From the NCBI GenBank assembly GCA_050575255.1, contig JBNZDD010013679.1, forward strand, positions 3,906,403-3,970,402: DNA of 64,000 bases, given 5' to 3'. Origin of the DNA: Harriotta raleighana (lineage: Eukaryota). Below the pieces are notes generated by a model that saw only the letters and a program-made list of their open reading frames with translations, was not told the origin of the DNA and ran no database searches. The position numbers and the translations under genes are program-made. Shown in pieces: positions 40,601 to 53,869 of this stretch (positions within the stretch are counted from its first letter, which is position 1; every line of letters begins with the position of its first letter).

Positions 40601-43600
40601 TTTTGTAACCTTTAGATCAGTTATAGTGCACATCTCAAATTTTAACACGCCGACTTCAGATTAGGACCAATGGTAAATTAGTGTGGCTGCTTCGTAACCT
40701 AGAACCTAAGCAGCTTGTCGGCTCTGCAGTTGCACGTCTTGTAAATGTGTACATGGAAATGGCTACCTTTGCAAGTGTGAAAACGACTGCTTCACATTTA
40801 CCTGTTCTACAATGCTTTTCATCATGTTCTAATTCCATTCCAGGTGGACACACACAAGTGTATTTTGGAGAATAACCATGTATCCGAGGAGCAGGGAGAC
40901 AGAGGTATTCACAGCCTCCATTTGTAAAGTGCAGATTGCACCAGTTTTCACCTGTTTAAAAAAATACATACACCCACACTAAAACAAGATCCTCTGATGT
41001 TTACGCCAAAGCATATTCTTGGGTTATGAGAAGTTTTGATTTACACATAAAGAGAACCACAGTGGCAAGTCTGAAGGATTTGTATGGACTTGACACACCA
41101 GTTATGAAAATGCAAGTCACACAGGCCAATGTTCACAAATGTATGGCACATAAATGCTTAGAGATCTCCAAAAACTTGACTCAAAGAAGCTGCTGTTGTA
41201 ACCTAAATTAAGCCTTAAAATGAATTGCAAGCAAATATTTCTTACGTTTGATCACCAGAGGTAGGCACAAGGAGAAAATGTAATCAGCAGAAACGTTGCC
41301 CAGAGTAAAAGCTGAGAGAAAATGTGATACTTCTATGCAATTGAAGCCCATAGTTTTAAAATTGGTTACTATCACGTCATTATAATGGTATCTTACTTTA
41401 ATCCAAATTCTAGTTTATTATTCTGTCTTTGAAGATTCAGGTGCCACAAAAAAAGAGCAGTACATTTGTATAGTGTCTTTCACATTGGGAGACCTTCCAA
41501 GGGTGAGGGGGTATGACCAATGGAATGGTCAAAGAGGAAGGTAAGGCTTTGAAGGTGAGGTCAGGACTGGAGTTGAGTCCTCTGTATGATGGGAAGCCAG
41601 TGGAGTCGGTGAGGATGGGGATGATAAGTTCACAGAACCTGTTATGGGAGAGGACATGGGCTGCAGAGTTCTGGATGATCTATTGTGTATGGAGGGAGGA
41701 AAACAGGTTGGGGCTGAATTATTGTGCACATTGCAATGTCACTGAAGTCAAAGAAACACTGATTTCATGTTGGTGGGGTGAGGAGGAGAAAAAGGATAAG
41801 AGCAAGCAATCTTTGTGGAAATGACTGTCCTTTACAAGAGGTAATACCACAGACTCCTGGAAAATCAAGGATCTTCAATACATCTTAATTGATATGGAAA
41901 GGTAAGCAAATTCCTTAATTTTCAGTCAATAGAAACCATAGCAAGCACTAAATTTTGAAAATTGTCACCACTAAAGCAAGTGCTGAAGAACAGTATGTAG
42001 CCCAATAAATGTCCTTTAAAGATCCAACATGCTGGGGGAAATCAAGTAGGCATTTCACTTCTCTCCCTATAGACTCCTGCCTAACCCTAAATAAGTAAAC
42101 ATGAAAAAAAAACATTTAGTACAAATGACATGGAGCACAGAAAGAGGTGCAGCTCCTTTTAGAGCAAGTTCTGTTGAAGGTCATCAAGTTAACACAATAG
42201 GTTATAATCTTTAGCAATCTTACAAAATTAGTGTACTGCCTTTCATGTCAGGAGGATGTCCCAAAGGTAGCAAAAGCGTACATTGTGACAACAGAAGTCG
42301 TCCATAGAGAGAAAGCAACTGCAAAGTAAACTGGCGATTTGACTTTTTCTGAATTCTGCTCACTCTCGCCAACTAAAACACAAATGCTTTTGGATTAAGA
42401 TGACATCCTACCTGGTGGCTGAGTTAGCTCATGATAAATAATGATGTCTTGAGGTTTCTTAAGGTTGGAGGCTAAATTCACAATATCCTCACCGGTGAAC
42501 TTATTGGCTCCGTAGACAGATTTTTTTTTCCAATCTGTCCAGAAGACATGGTCCTGAAACAAGATAGTTTAAGCTTCTAATTTAAAGATTCACTTTAAAT
42601 CATGATCCTCCATTTGAATCCAGCACAGACAAATGTGCTCAATGGCTTTCTGAGCTATAAGTTTCTATGGTTCAAATATCTTACTCTTTTACAATCGTTT
42701 GCCAATAGTGCCTTAGATTCAATCAAATAATTTAATTTTTCTCTGCAATTTATGATCTGATGGTTCACTTTCCTGAACGAAAGGACCATTTCCATTCTAC
42801 TGGGGTTGGTTTCAACACCACCAACTCCATACACTGTTTGAAACTCTTCATATAAAGTACTCACATTGAAGCAACCAACATGAATTAGTTTGTAATATCT
42901 AAATACTGGCCAAATATGTAGTTTCTAGAAGCTACTCTACACATTTGCCCAATATTTTGCCCCAAAAACTTACCTCAAATATTGCGACACCAAAAGGATG
43001 AATGAGGAATTCCTTTGATTGGACTATAGTTCTTCTATCCTGTCCATTTAAGTCCACACTGGACAATATATGCATCTTTGAGTCAACCCAGTAGAGACGG
43101 CTTTTCACAAGATCTGGTTTAAAGAAAGATGTTGACAGTCAAGTCATTGTCTAGCAATTTGAGAGCTAGACAATTGCAAGTACAGTAAAACCCCGTTTAT
43201 CCGTGACCCGATCAATTGGATTACTCGACTCCCTCCCAAGGTAATTCCCCATTCCAGCTATCGCAAGTTTGCTCACTTTGCGCATGCGCACTTATTAAAT
43301 TTATGGACTTGGGTTTTTACCGATCAGTAAAAAATGCTTTTTTACCAATCTTTTTACCGAGTGTGCTGGAATGCTTTATTAGTAAGTATCCATACAATAT
43401 TCTGTTAATATTTAGTCTAATATTAACATGGTATGTTTTAAAATAAGTTAATTTTTTATGTTGGGTTTTCAGCAACTTGCCACTCATTTATCTGGCACGG
43501 TCAATTAGTCGAACCCCCCAAGGGTGCTGGATAAAAGGGGTTTTACGGTAGTTCACTTACCCAGCGTAATGTCATTTGGCCACTGAATCCCTTTGGTAAC

Positions 43601-46600
43601 TAGGAGCTGACGACCACCACCACCATTCATTCCTGCTTTCTCAATTGTTGCTGGCTCACCACAATCTGACCAGTAAATGAACCTTGGAAAATGCAAATAG
43701 TCAAAATAAAAGCTTTAGTCTTAAACACTGAAGTCCTTCAGGGACCTTTGAATTGTAACAATTGTTAAAATGTTGGCATATGCATTGATTTTTGAAGGTG
43801 TACTTTAAGGAGTGAGGTATGTGTTTATTAACTCAGCCAAAACATAAGTCAATTGAAGTTTGCACTTATATAACTTTTCAAGTTGTAATTCTGAATTCTA
43901 TTACAGTACTATCTTATGCCTACATTTGGTCACCTTAAAACATAGAATCCCATAAAGCCCCATAGCTTTGATACTGTACTCAAATTAAAGTGCAGGGCAG
44001 AGTTAACTCACTAGGATTCAAATGAAACCTGGTCCCAACTTTCCAGGCTATCTGGGAAGATGGCTATCAAATAGTAAATGCTTCTTCACTCATTAAACCC
44101 TTCTGAAATCAACGCTTGATAACAGTAAACTTCAATACCCTGATATTGGATCAACTGCTATAGAAGCTGGTTCCCTTAGGTCAGTGTCAAAGAGTGTCTT
44201 CACTTTGGTTCCATCAAAAGTAGCCATAGATATTGCCTGAATATCCAGACTGGTCCAGTAAATGTGCTTATAGATCCAGTCCACAGCAAGCCCCACGTGG
44301 ATTTGTACACCACTTATGATTTTGAGAACACCACTGGTACTTTGTTTGTCCATGGACATGCTGCAGGGGTGTGGGGGAGGGGAAGGAGAGACAAAAAAAT
44401 CAGGAAAGTAGTGAAAATTTTTGAAAAGATTATATTACTAAATGGAGTGAAAATTTAATGTTTTGGATAAAATTTGGCTTGACACTAGGTAGCTGCAATA
44501 TGAATATATTAAATTGATTTTACTTGCAAAGAATTAGAGTGGACTTCCCAATGAAATAGTCTCACTACTTTAGTCATGATTCAAATAGTAATTTTCATTC
44601 AATTATGGTCAATTTAAATTGATTTGAAAGATGCCTAGGAAGGCCATTCACATGCACATTGCTGTATGCTCCTTCCAGGTGAAAATATTTAGATAGTTAA
44701 GGCTAAATTATTTAGTTCAGCAGGATAACATTTTGTTAAATGAAATGTAGAGATTACTTCAACTAAAAATGCCACATCTTGCATTACTGCAGCCTAGTTA
44801 AACTTGCCTGAAAATGGCCCGCTCTGCCAAGTCAGCCCAGAAGATCCTCTGTGCAGCAATGTCTGCATCTAACGCCACTGCATTTCGTAGTTGCACAGCT
44901 ATCTGGGTGTACTCATTGTGGTGGAGTCCCAGTTTCCGGATGTCATGGTGGTTAGTAAAAATTAAATAAGGCTCTTTTCCTGCGAAAAGCGAATGAGAAC
45001 TTACTGACACATAACAAATATGTTACCCACTTCTATCGGGATGGTCAAGCAGATGTGATTATACAACAGGGGCTTTTATTACTGTTTAGATAATCATGAG
45101 ACAAAATAGTTATACAGTATGGAAGAATAATAACCATTTTCCAACTTCATGTATGAATTTGGACCATTACTTTATTGTGAAAATGTACCAGGATGCAAAC
45201 GAACCACAAAATCCACAAACGAACCACTAGGAGCTACCTCTCAGCACTCTGTCATACCACAACATCAGTACATACAATACTGAATCTATGGAATACAAAA
45301 ACATTTTAGAAATTATCTCATCATGATACGTGTGTATCGTGCACATTTCTAAAAGGTCTCCTTTGGAAAGCCATAATCAACAGAATGAATGAGTTTAATT
45401 TGTATGTTTTCTGAAATATTAAGTCACATCAAACACATTTGTAGAAGTCCTTTCTCTGCATTGCTTAATGAAACTTGGTACCAGATTGATTATTATAATA
45501 AAAATAATCCTTGCATTTGATTTTGTGCTTTTCATGTCTTTTATACAAGATGTCTCAATGCGCTTCACAGAATATACAGTAAAGTGAATTGACTATATAC
45601 AGTATATGGGGGTGAAACGCGGCAGCCAATTGCACACAACAACTTCAATTTATATAGCGCCCTCCACCCGGGCGGCATCTCAGAGCGCTTCACTATAACG
45701 AATCCCGGGGTCGAGCCAGGGGAAGGGGGAAAAAGGTGACAATGGTTGAAAAGAAAGGTCTTCAGCCGAGACCTGAAACTAGGAAGAGAGGGGATGAGGC
45801 GAAGGGAGTGAGGAAGGGAGTTCCAGAGCTTCGGGGTGTAATGGCTGAAGGCACGATTGCCGAAAGTGGAATGGAGGATTCGGGGGACAAGGAAGAGACC
45901 AAAACCAGAGGAGCGAAGGCAACTGGTGCTGTTTTGAGGAGAGAGGAGGTCAGAGAGGTAGAGGGCTGCAGAGGAGTGGAAAGATTTGAAAACATGAGTG
46001 AGGATCTTGAAATTGATCCTCTCCAGGACTGGGAGCCAGTGAAGTCTGGCAAGGATTGGGGTAATGGGAGAGCGAAGTTTAGTGCAGATGAGAATGTGGG
46101 GGGCAGAGTTCTGCCTGAGCTGGATTTTATGGATTGTGGTGGAGGGGAGATGGCATTTGAGTAGTCCAGCCGAGAGGTGACAAAGGCATGGACCAGTGAT
46201 TCAGCGGCTTTTGGGGCGAGATATTGCCGGAGACGGGCGATCCATCAGAGGTTGAAAAAAGCGGTGCTGGTGAGGGAACGGATGTGGGGGAGGAAGGATA
46301 GTTGGGGATCGAACCTTATGCCTAGGTTGCGTATGGGTTCGGAGAGCTTTAGGGGCAGGCCTTGAAGGTGGAGGAGGTGAGATCCATGTGATTGAAGTCG
46401 TTGACGGGAGCCAAAGAGCACAGACGTTTCCCACAAACATTCATGGATTGAAATGACCAATTTATAATTTTTTTTGAGGGACTATTATTATTAGGCATGT
46501 AGAGTAAGAACTTAGAGTAAAGTTTCACTTGATTATCCTTTAAGTGATGAGCCAGGAGAAGAAACAATTGTATGGTCTCCCATTCTCTCGGCTTTCTGGC

Positions 46601-49600
46601 GGATTATAGAATTACCTGGGTATCCCATGAAACATTAAGCAATGTCTTTATGCTTTTTGGGGTCTTTTTGGTGCTCCTGTTTTTACAATGAAACAATTCT
46701 TACCCTCTCCTAATCTCCCCCCCACTCCGACAACAATGAAAGTCATAATGTAAATCAACCTAGTCAGAATTCACTTTCCTTTCATCTTAATTTTGTCTAC
46801 TATACAGGCAATTCACTTTACATATACATTTATGTATACTATATGTAAAATACATTTTATATAATAATCCTTACATTTGATATAGCGCTTTTCACACTTT
46901 AATGTCTCAAAGCGCTTCACAGAATATATTGTAAAGTGAATTGACTGTATATTAGAAATAACCAGAATGAAATGTGGCAGCCAATTGCGCACAGCAGTGT
47001 CCCACAAACAGTCGTCGATTTAAATAACCAATTTTTATTATTGTGTTTTTTTGGGCGAGATTATCATTAGGTGTGTGGGGTAAGGAAACTTGCCCAAGGT
47101 TTCTCCCTGATTATATACACACAATTAGACAATAATTCAATTCACAGTTTGTTCTGTGAAGTGCTTTGAGATGTCTCAAAGATGTTATAAGGCTCTATAT
47201 CAAACAATAGAATTATCATCATTATTATAATTAATTCAATCAAATATTTTTAACCATCATTATAGTTTTCATTAGATGTTTTTCACCTTATGCGCATGAA
47301 CAATGTTGATACAATCAAGAAGCATTAAGCAGAATTCCACCTCGTAACATTCACCATGAACCACACAGACAATCATTAGAAACTCGTTTCAAATACAGTA
47401 TATAGAGTTTTTATTATTCTTGTTGTTGGGTCTCTGCTTTATCAGTTATTTTTCTTTGTTACAATTGAGTTTGCCATAATTTGGGTCATTTTAGTTAAAT
47501 TATTTCACTTCTGCTCACTGATTCTTGGTTGTATTGACAATGTTCATGCTCTTAGTATTAAATTGTAACACACTTTTGTGCCAAATGTTTCTAGCTGGTA
47601 TTCTATTCTGCTTAATGCAGTTGATTTTCACTCATTCTGCTAAACTAAACTATCCTGTTTATTACCACCATTTTGGGGATTATTAATTTTGTCATTTATT
47701 GGATCTATTACTGCCATATTGGTGTCCATGTCCATTATGATTCAGAGCAATAAAACCAGCAAACTCAATTCTACTACACGTGATATGTCTCAATTTATGA
47801 TCACTATTTACTTTTTCATGACTCAACTCTTGCTTGGGGAGTAATAAATTGTAAGTTCTTCCAAGCTTTAAAACAATATCTTGCATTCAAGATAACCCAT
47901 AAAATAAAAAACTAAGATTGTTCACCGATACAATGATACCCAGAAAGTTTGGATTTAATTGACCATCTATCTCGATTGTGTATATTGTACCTACTTTAGA
48001 ATATTATTGTTTATCCTTTCACAACATAGGGTTACTACTCTTATGTGAAAGTTGCTGTACAAATGTAATCTATATTTATGTTGCAAACTGTTTTGTACCT
48101 CTAGCATTTTTTTTTTAATACTCTGATCTGAAGGTTCAAGAACAAAGTTATAGTTGCCAAGGCCTGACATGCACATAAGCGTATGTTGAAAGGCAAGATT
48201 ATTTTGCCTGCACAGAATCAGACTATTAAAAAATTAAGTATGAAATATTTGTGAACGTAACAACAAATTACATTAGTATAGTGCCTTTCACATAACAGTA
48301 GTGTTGTAAGGCTCTCCCACTAACGCACTTTGCGTAGAATACAGATACAAATTTATACAGCCGATTTCCATTGTGAGGATGCCAAAAGTGCTTGACAGTC
48401 CTAAATTGGTATAAAATTCTGTGGGAGGTGGGAGCTCAGGAGTGGAAAGAGATCCAGAGGTACCAGCAGTGGAAGGTCTCCAGATAGACCTTGAAAGGTG
48501 AGGGAGGGAGATGGAGATACTTCAGGATGAATTTGAGCCGGGGCAAAGTCCGACTGCCAACATTGGGCACGAAGTAGGTTGGTGATCCCTGCCCAAAGGG
48601 GGCAGGTGAAATGGTTTGAAAATGGAACACTTGAGACAGGATCAACTCAGCATTCACAACAGTGACCCCTAGTGTCCAAACAAAGACTAGCGTACCTGCT
48701 GCTTTACAAAGTCCAGTAGCTGGATCCATAAGATATCCTGCATGGCAGTCACATTTATAACTTCCTTTTAAATTGATGCAAATTTGACTGCAGGTCCCTG
48801 GGCTCAGGCATTCATCAACATCTGAAAGAAAAAGCCACATTCCGTAAAATTGTATTGAATAGTGATGATTGTGATTATTCCCCTAATCATACAAGCAAAG
48901 TACATTTGCTGGACCCGGAGTAGCAACACAGTATTTAGCTAGGGAGGGTATGGAAAAGATGCAAAAGAGAAGTAACCAGCTATTTGTGAACTCATCACCT
49001 CCACATGTTTTCCCATCAACCAACTTGAAACCAGAAGGGCAATCACATTCTGAGCCAACAGGGAGATCTCTACATACATGGGAGCAGCCACCATTGTCTA
49101 CCAAGCATTCATTCAAATCTGTAAAGCAAAGAGAGAAATTTTAGTATCTATTTCCCCGAACACTGTTTGAGTTAAGTATCCTCATAGTTTTGTATACCTG
49201 AATACAAAAACTTCCAAGCAACTTTTGTATTCAGTCTGTTTAATTATATACATATGCACATAATTAATATGTATAATATATAATCTGCAAATTCTTACAC
49301 ACTTCTACTGCATAAGGTTGAAATTGCTCATTTACTGTAGCAAAATGCAAATTTGTAAAACCTGAAGCATTTGCTACAGAGTATTCGGAGTATTCGGAGT
49401 CTTCAAATATCATTAGGTTGCATCAGAAGAGACCTAATGTAAATTGAGGTACAACAACATACACTAGAATAAGGATTCGATAAAGTGTAGCTAGTCATAT
49501 CAATAAGAATGACAGCTGTATTTGAGACAACCATTATTTTTTAATCCAGTATTTCTGTGCTTTGTAGTATGAAGCTTGTAAAGACATCAGTTACACATTA

Positions 49601-52600
49601 TGAAACTGAGATATCATATTTTATCCTTCATCAGAGCAAGTAAGCTACTAGCATTCAACTTGCATTCCCTGATTTGCCACTCACTACAATAGAAAGGTTC
49701 ATCGCTCCAATCATGACAGTCGAGTTGTTGGTTGCACACTTGGGCAACATCTATGCATTCTCCATTTTGACACTTAAAGTCAGATGGGCCAAGACACTCA
49801 GCAGCTGCAGGAGACAAGTTGAAATTAATATAAATCAACGGTTATGCACAGCATAGATGATCTATCTCACTGCCATCAATAATCTCATCGCAGTTTACAT
49901 CTGTGAAACCCAATACAAGTGCCATTCATAACAAATACAGTACTTACCATTTGTACAGTTCACTTCGTCACTGCCATCAACACAATCCCGCATTTCATTG
50001 CATTTCCAATCCTCCTGGATACAAGTGCCATCAGTGCATGTGAACTGATTGGGTTTACATGTCCGAGGAGCTGGAATGAAAGTGGTCATAATGTCAGTAC
50101 TTATTTTAAACATTTATCATTCACATGATTAACAAGATTAATAATAATCCTTGTATTTAATGCAGTGCTTTTCAAGTCTTTTAGACGTCTCAAAGCGCTT
50201 CATAGAATATACTGGAAAGTGAATTGACTCTTTATTTGTGGGCCAATTGCACACAGCAGTGTCCCACAAACAGTCGTGGATTTAAATGACCAATTTAAAA
50301 AAANTGTCCCACAAACAGTCGTGGATTGAAATGACCAATTTTTTTTTAGGGATTACTAATGCTTCGCTTTCTAGTTCAGAGTTTCTTCAGATCAATTTTA
50401 GAAAGTCATAGCTTGTGCAAGTTTCAAAAATAGCTGGTTACTTCTCTTTTACACCATTTCCATACCCTCCCTGGCTAAATACTGCATTGCTACTCTGGGT
50501 TCGGCAAATGTATTTTTCATGTATAATTAAGGGAATCAATGTGCTAAACTTACGACAGTTCACTTCGTCACTCCCATCTTTACAGTCAGCATCTCCATCA
50601 CAATACCAACTGCGGTGGACACATTCACCAGAACCACACTCGGTTTCACTAAATGAACACATGATAGGAGGAAGAGTATGTCCACAGTTATCTAAAGATT
50701 CATCAGAATGGTCAGTGCAGTCAGCATTGTCATCGCACACCCAGGTCAGAGGGATACACTCAGAATTCTTGCACTGAAACTCATGTGGCCCACAGATTGG
50801 TGTACTACACCCTTGTTCATCACTTCCATCAGCACAGTCATCTTCCCCATTGCAGACAAAGGTCTTGGAAACACATTGGCCACTGGAGCACATGAATTGT
50901 AGTGGACTGCAAGTGGATTGGGCTACAAAAATAAGCAAAAGATGATTATATTCAAGACTTTTTATAAGTAATAAGATACAGGGATATAGCTGTAAGAATT
51001 GATCTTAAGAGCCAGCACAGACTGTGCTGTGCTGAGCCAGATAACCTGTGCTTCAAAGTTTTGTTTTTGAATGGTAAAAAAAATCACCACGTTTCAAAGT
51101 TAATCCTAAAATGCAAGAATTTTATAACATGTAAAATGCAAGAATTTTATAACACTTTAATAATCACTACAATCACAGCATTATTGAGTTTCACATCTTA
51201 TGGTGACATTTTAATTTGTAGCTAAAGGGCATTTGCAAAACATTTGAGGAGGCAAAACGCAAACTTAAGGTAGCTCTTCACTAAAATACACATCCTAATT
51301 TAACTTCCACCCCATTACAACTTGATGACCCCATTAAAATTGCCCATTCCTACCCACAGTAAATTGGTTGACTTGTTTTCCTCCAAGTTTGAGCTGGTTG
51401 AAGAAGATCTTTTCATTGTGAATTAACAAACATGAAACATACCACAGTTCTCCTCATCACTTCCATTTTCACAATCTTTTTCTCCATCACATTTCCAGGC
51501 AACAGGAATGCAGTGTACAAATCCAGGGTTACAGCTCAATGTATTGATAGGACAAGCCCTTATGTCTGAAAGAAAGACTAATTTAAGTACTCCCTCATAT
51601 TCAATCCTTGAGAAATCCTTGATTTAATTTACGTTAGAAATTTAGTTACTGCTATTGGAAGATTGACTTGCTACACCACCTTAACATTTGTTCTAAATAG
51701 CAATCTACTAGACAAATCCTTACACCCATCAGTAAGTATAACAAGTAAATGTAACATTTGTTTGACGCTAATTTCTACCAAGTTCATGGATTACAAAATG
51801 ATTTGGATGAAGAACACCCTCAGGCTCATTTGATCTCATCTTCCAGTTGATCTACCTACAGTCCTCCCATTACAGCATCAAGCTGTATTTTTTAAAACAA
51901 ATCTAGTGTCCTGATTTCACCCACCCTTCTTGGCCATCTGTCTCAGTTGTTGATTACTCTCTGGGGTAAAGCAATCATTCCTAGTTTGTCCTGAAATTGC
52001 TCTTTACAATCAAATTTCACCCATGGCAACATTGCAAATATCAATGACTTCTATGTTACAAGGTCAGCATCAGGCATAATGATCTCCACACAAGCAAATG
52101 GCCCCAGACCAGAATGAATATTGTTGGTTATCTTTGCAGTTGTAACCCAGCCTGAATCATCTTGTTGGAACATACCCAATTTACACCTCTGTCCATCCTC
52201 CAGATGCATGCCAGATGGACATACACAAGTGTATTTTGGAGAGTGACTAGCGATCTGAGGAGCAGGGAGACAGAGGTATTCACAGTCTCCATTCTTCAAA
52301 CTTTTATTGCACCAGTTTATACCTGTGAACAAAATATTTCAACATCAGATATGTGGAATGCAATGTTCATTAGCNTATTGCACCAGTTTATACCTGTGAA
52401 CAAAATATTTCAACATCAGATATGTTGAATATTTCAACANAGTTTATACCTGTGAACAAAATATTTCAACATCAGATATGTGGAATGCAATGTTCATTAG
52501 CTCTATCCCTTCCTCAGCATATCGCCTTGATCCACCCTACTTCTGATCTCCTGCAGGCCTGCTCTCTCCATCTCCCCCACTGTCTTGCAGACAGAAGTTC

Positions 52601-53835
52601 GCTTTATTGTCTTTAAGGTCACCTTAGACAATTGGTGGGCAGGCAAGCTTTCAGCCTTGCTCTTTGGAATTTTCCCTTAATCCTCACAGGGACATCACAA
52701 CTCTTTCCATTTTATATGCTCTCCCCTGCCACCCAAAGAAATCCACCTCAGACTATATGTAGTCCCCAAATGCAAATACTTTGAGACAGGACCTATAATC
52801 ACTGTGCTCTTTCAAGCAGATTTCCACTCCATAGAATTGTATGACACAAAACAAGATTCTCAATGCTGAAACCTGCAGTTTTAAAACAAATCATTGAGAA
52901 ATGCTTAATGGATCAGACATTAACATACATTTATACAAGTGCAAAAGGGGCCAATTTCTGCACACATCTTGAAGATTGAAGATCCATTGGACTATTTTCC
53001 AACCCAGCCAAGAAATCGTGAATCATAATCTTTAGCCCACAACAGTCAATTCATTTTACAATGTATTCTGTGAAGCACTTTGAGACATCAATGTAATAAG
53101 GAGCTACATCAACTGCAAGGATTATTACAACATGAATTGTGTTTTAACTTGTGAAACAAAGAAAAAATGATCCTACCAATTGGTTGTATTAGCTCATGAT
53201 AAACAATAAGGTCCTGAGGTTCCTTAAGCTTAGAAGCTAAAACCACCAGATCTTCTCCTGTATATTTGTTGGCTCCATATATGGATCCATTCTGCCCATC
53301 TGTCCAAAAGACTTGATCCTGAAACAAATGCAGATTCAAGACAAGACTTGAAATACTTCCTATTTGTTACTGTTAAACCAAAAATAAAATTAGTTTACAG
53401 TAATTGAAAATATATAAAAATGCCACCATAAAGTACACAAACCTAAACTAGAAAACTGTACTGCATTGTTTTTAAGTTAACTTCTTTTTAAAAAAAAATG
53501 ATTTACCTCTCCTTATAGACAGATCAAAACTTACAGCAAGTCTATCAAACCTGCTCCCAGTTGCAGGAAAAACACATTGGCCCATCGATAGCCCATTACT
53601 TGAACACATCCCATTTCAATCTTTACGGTCTATATGTGGAGCCTTGCAGCACCTGGGTAGAGCACTTGTCTTATAAGCGAGGGACCTGGGTTCAATTCCA
53701 GGCAGGGCAAAACCTTGGGCAAGTTTCCTTACTCCACAAGCCTAATAATAATCCTCAAAAACAATTGATTATTTCAATCCACAACAGTTTGTGGGACACT
53801 GCCCTGCGCAATTGGCTGCAGTGTTTTGCCCATAT

Positions 53836-53869
<34 letters not shown>

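Noticed and set aside
2540-52500. Short direct duplications around single N at 2679, 4852, 8485, 9004, 27649, 29319, 29498, 50304, 52375 and 52440 (including partial EGF-C acceptor copies)
   Set aside because: Each repeat junction coincides with an N, the signature of scaffolding overlap artefacts.
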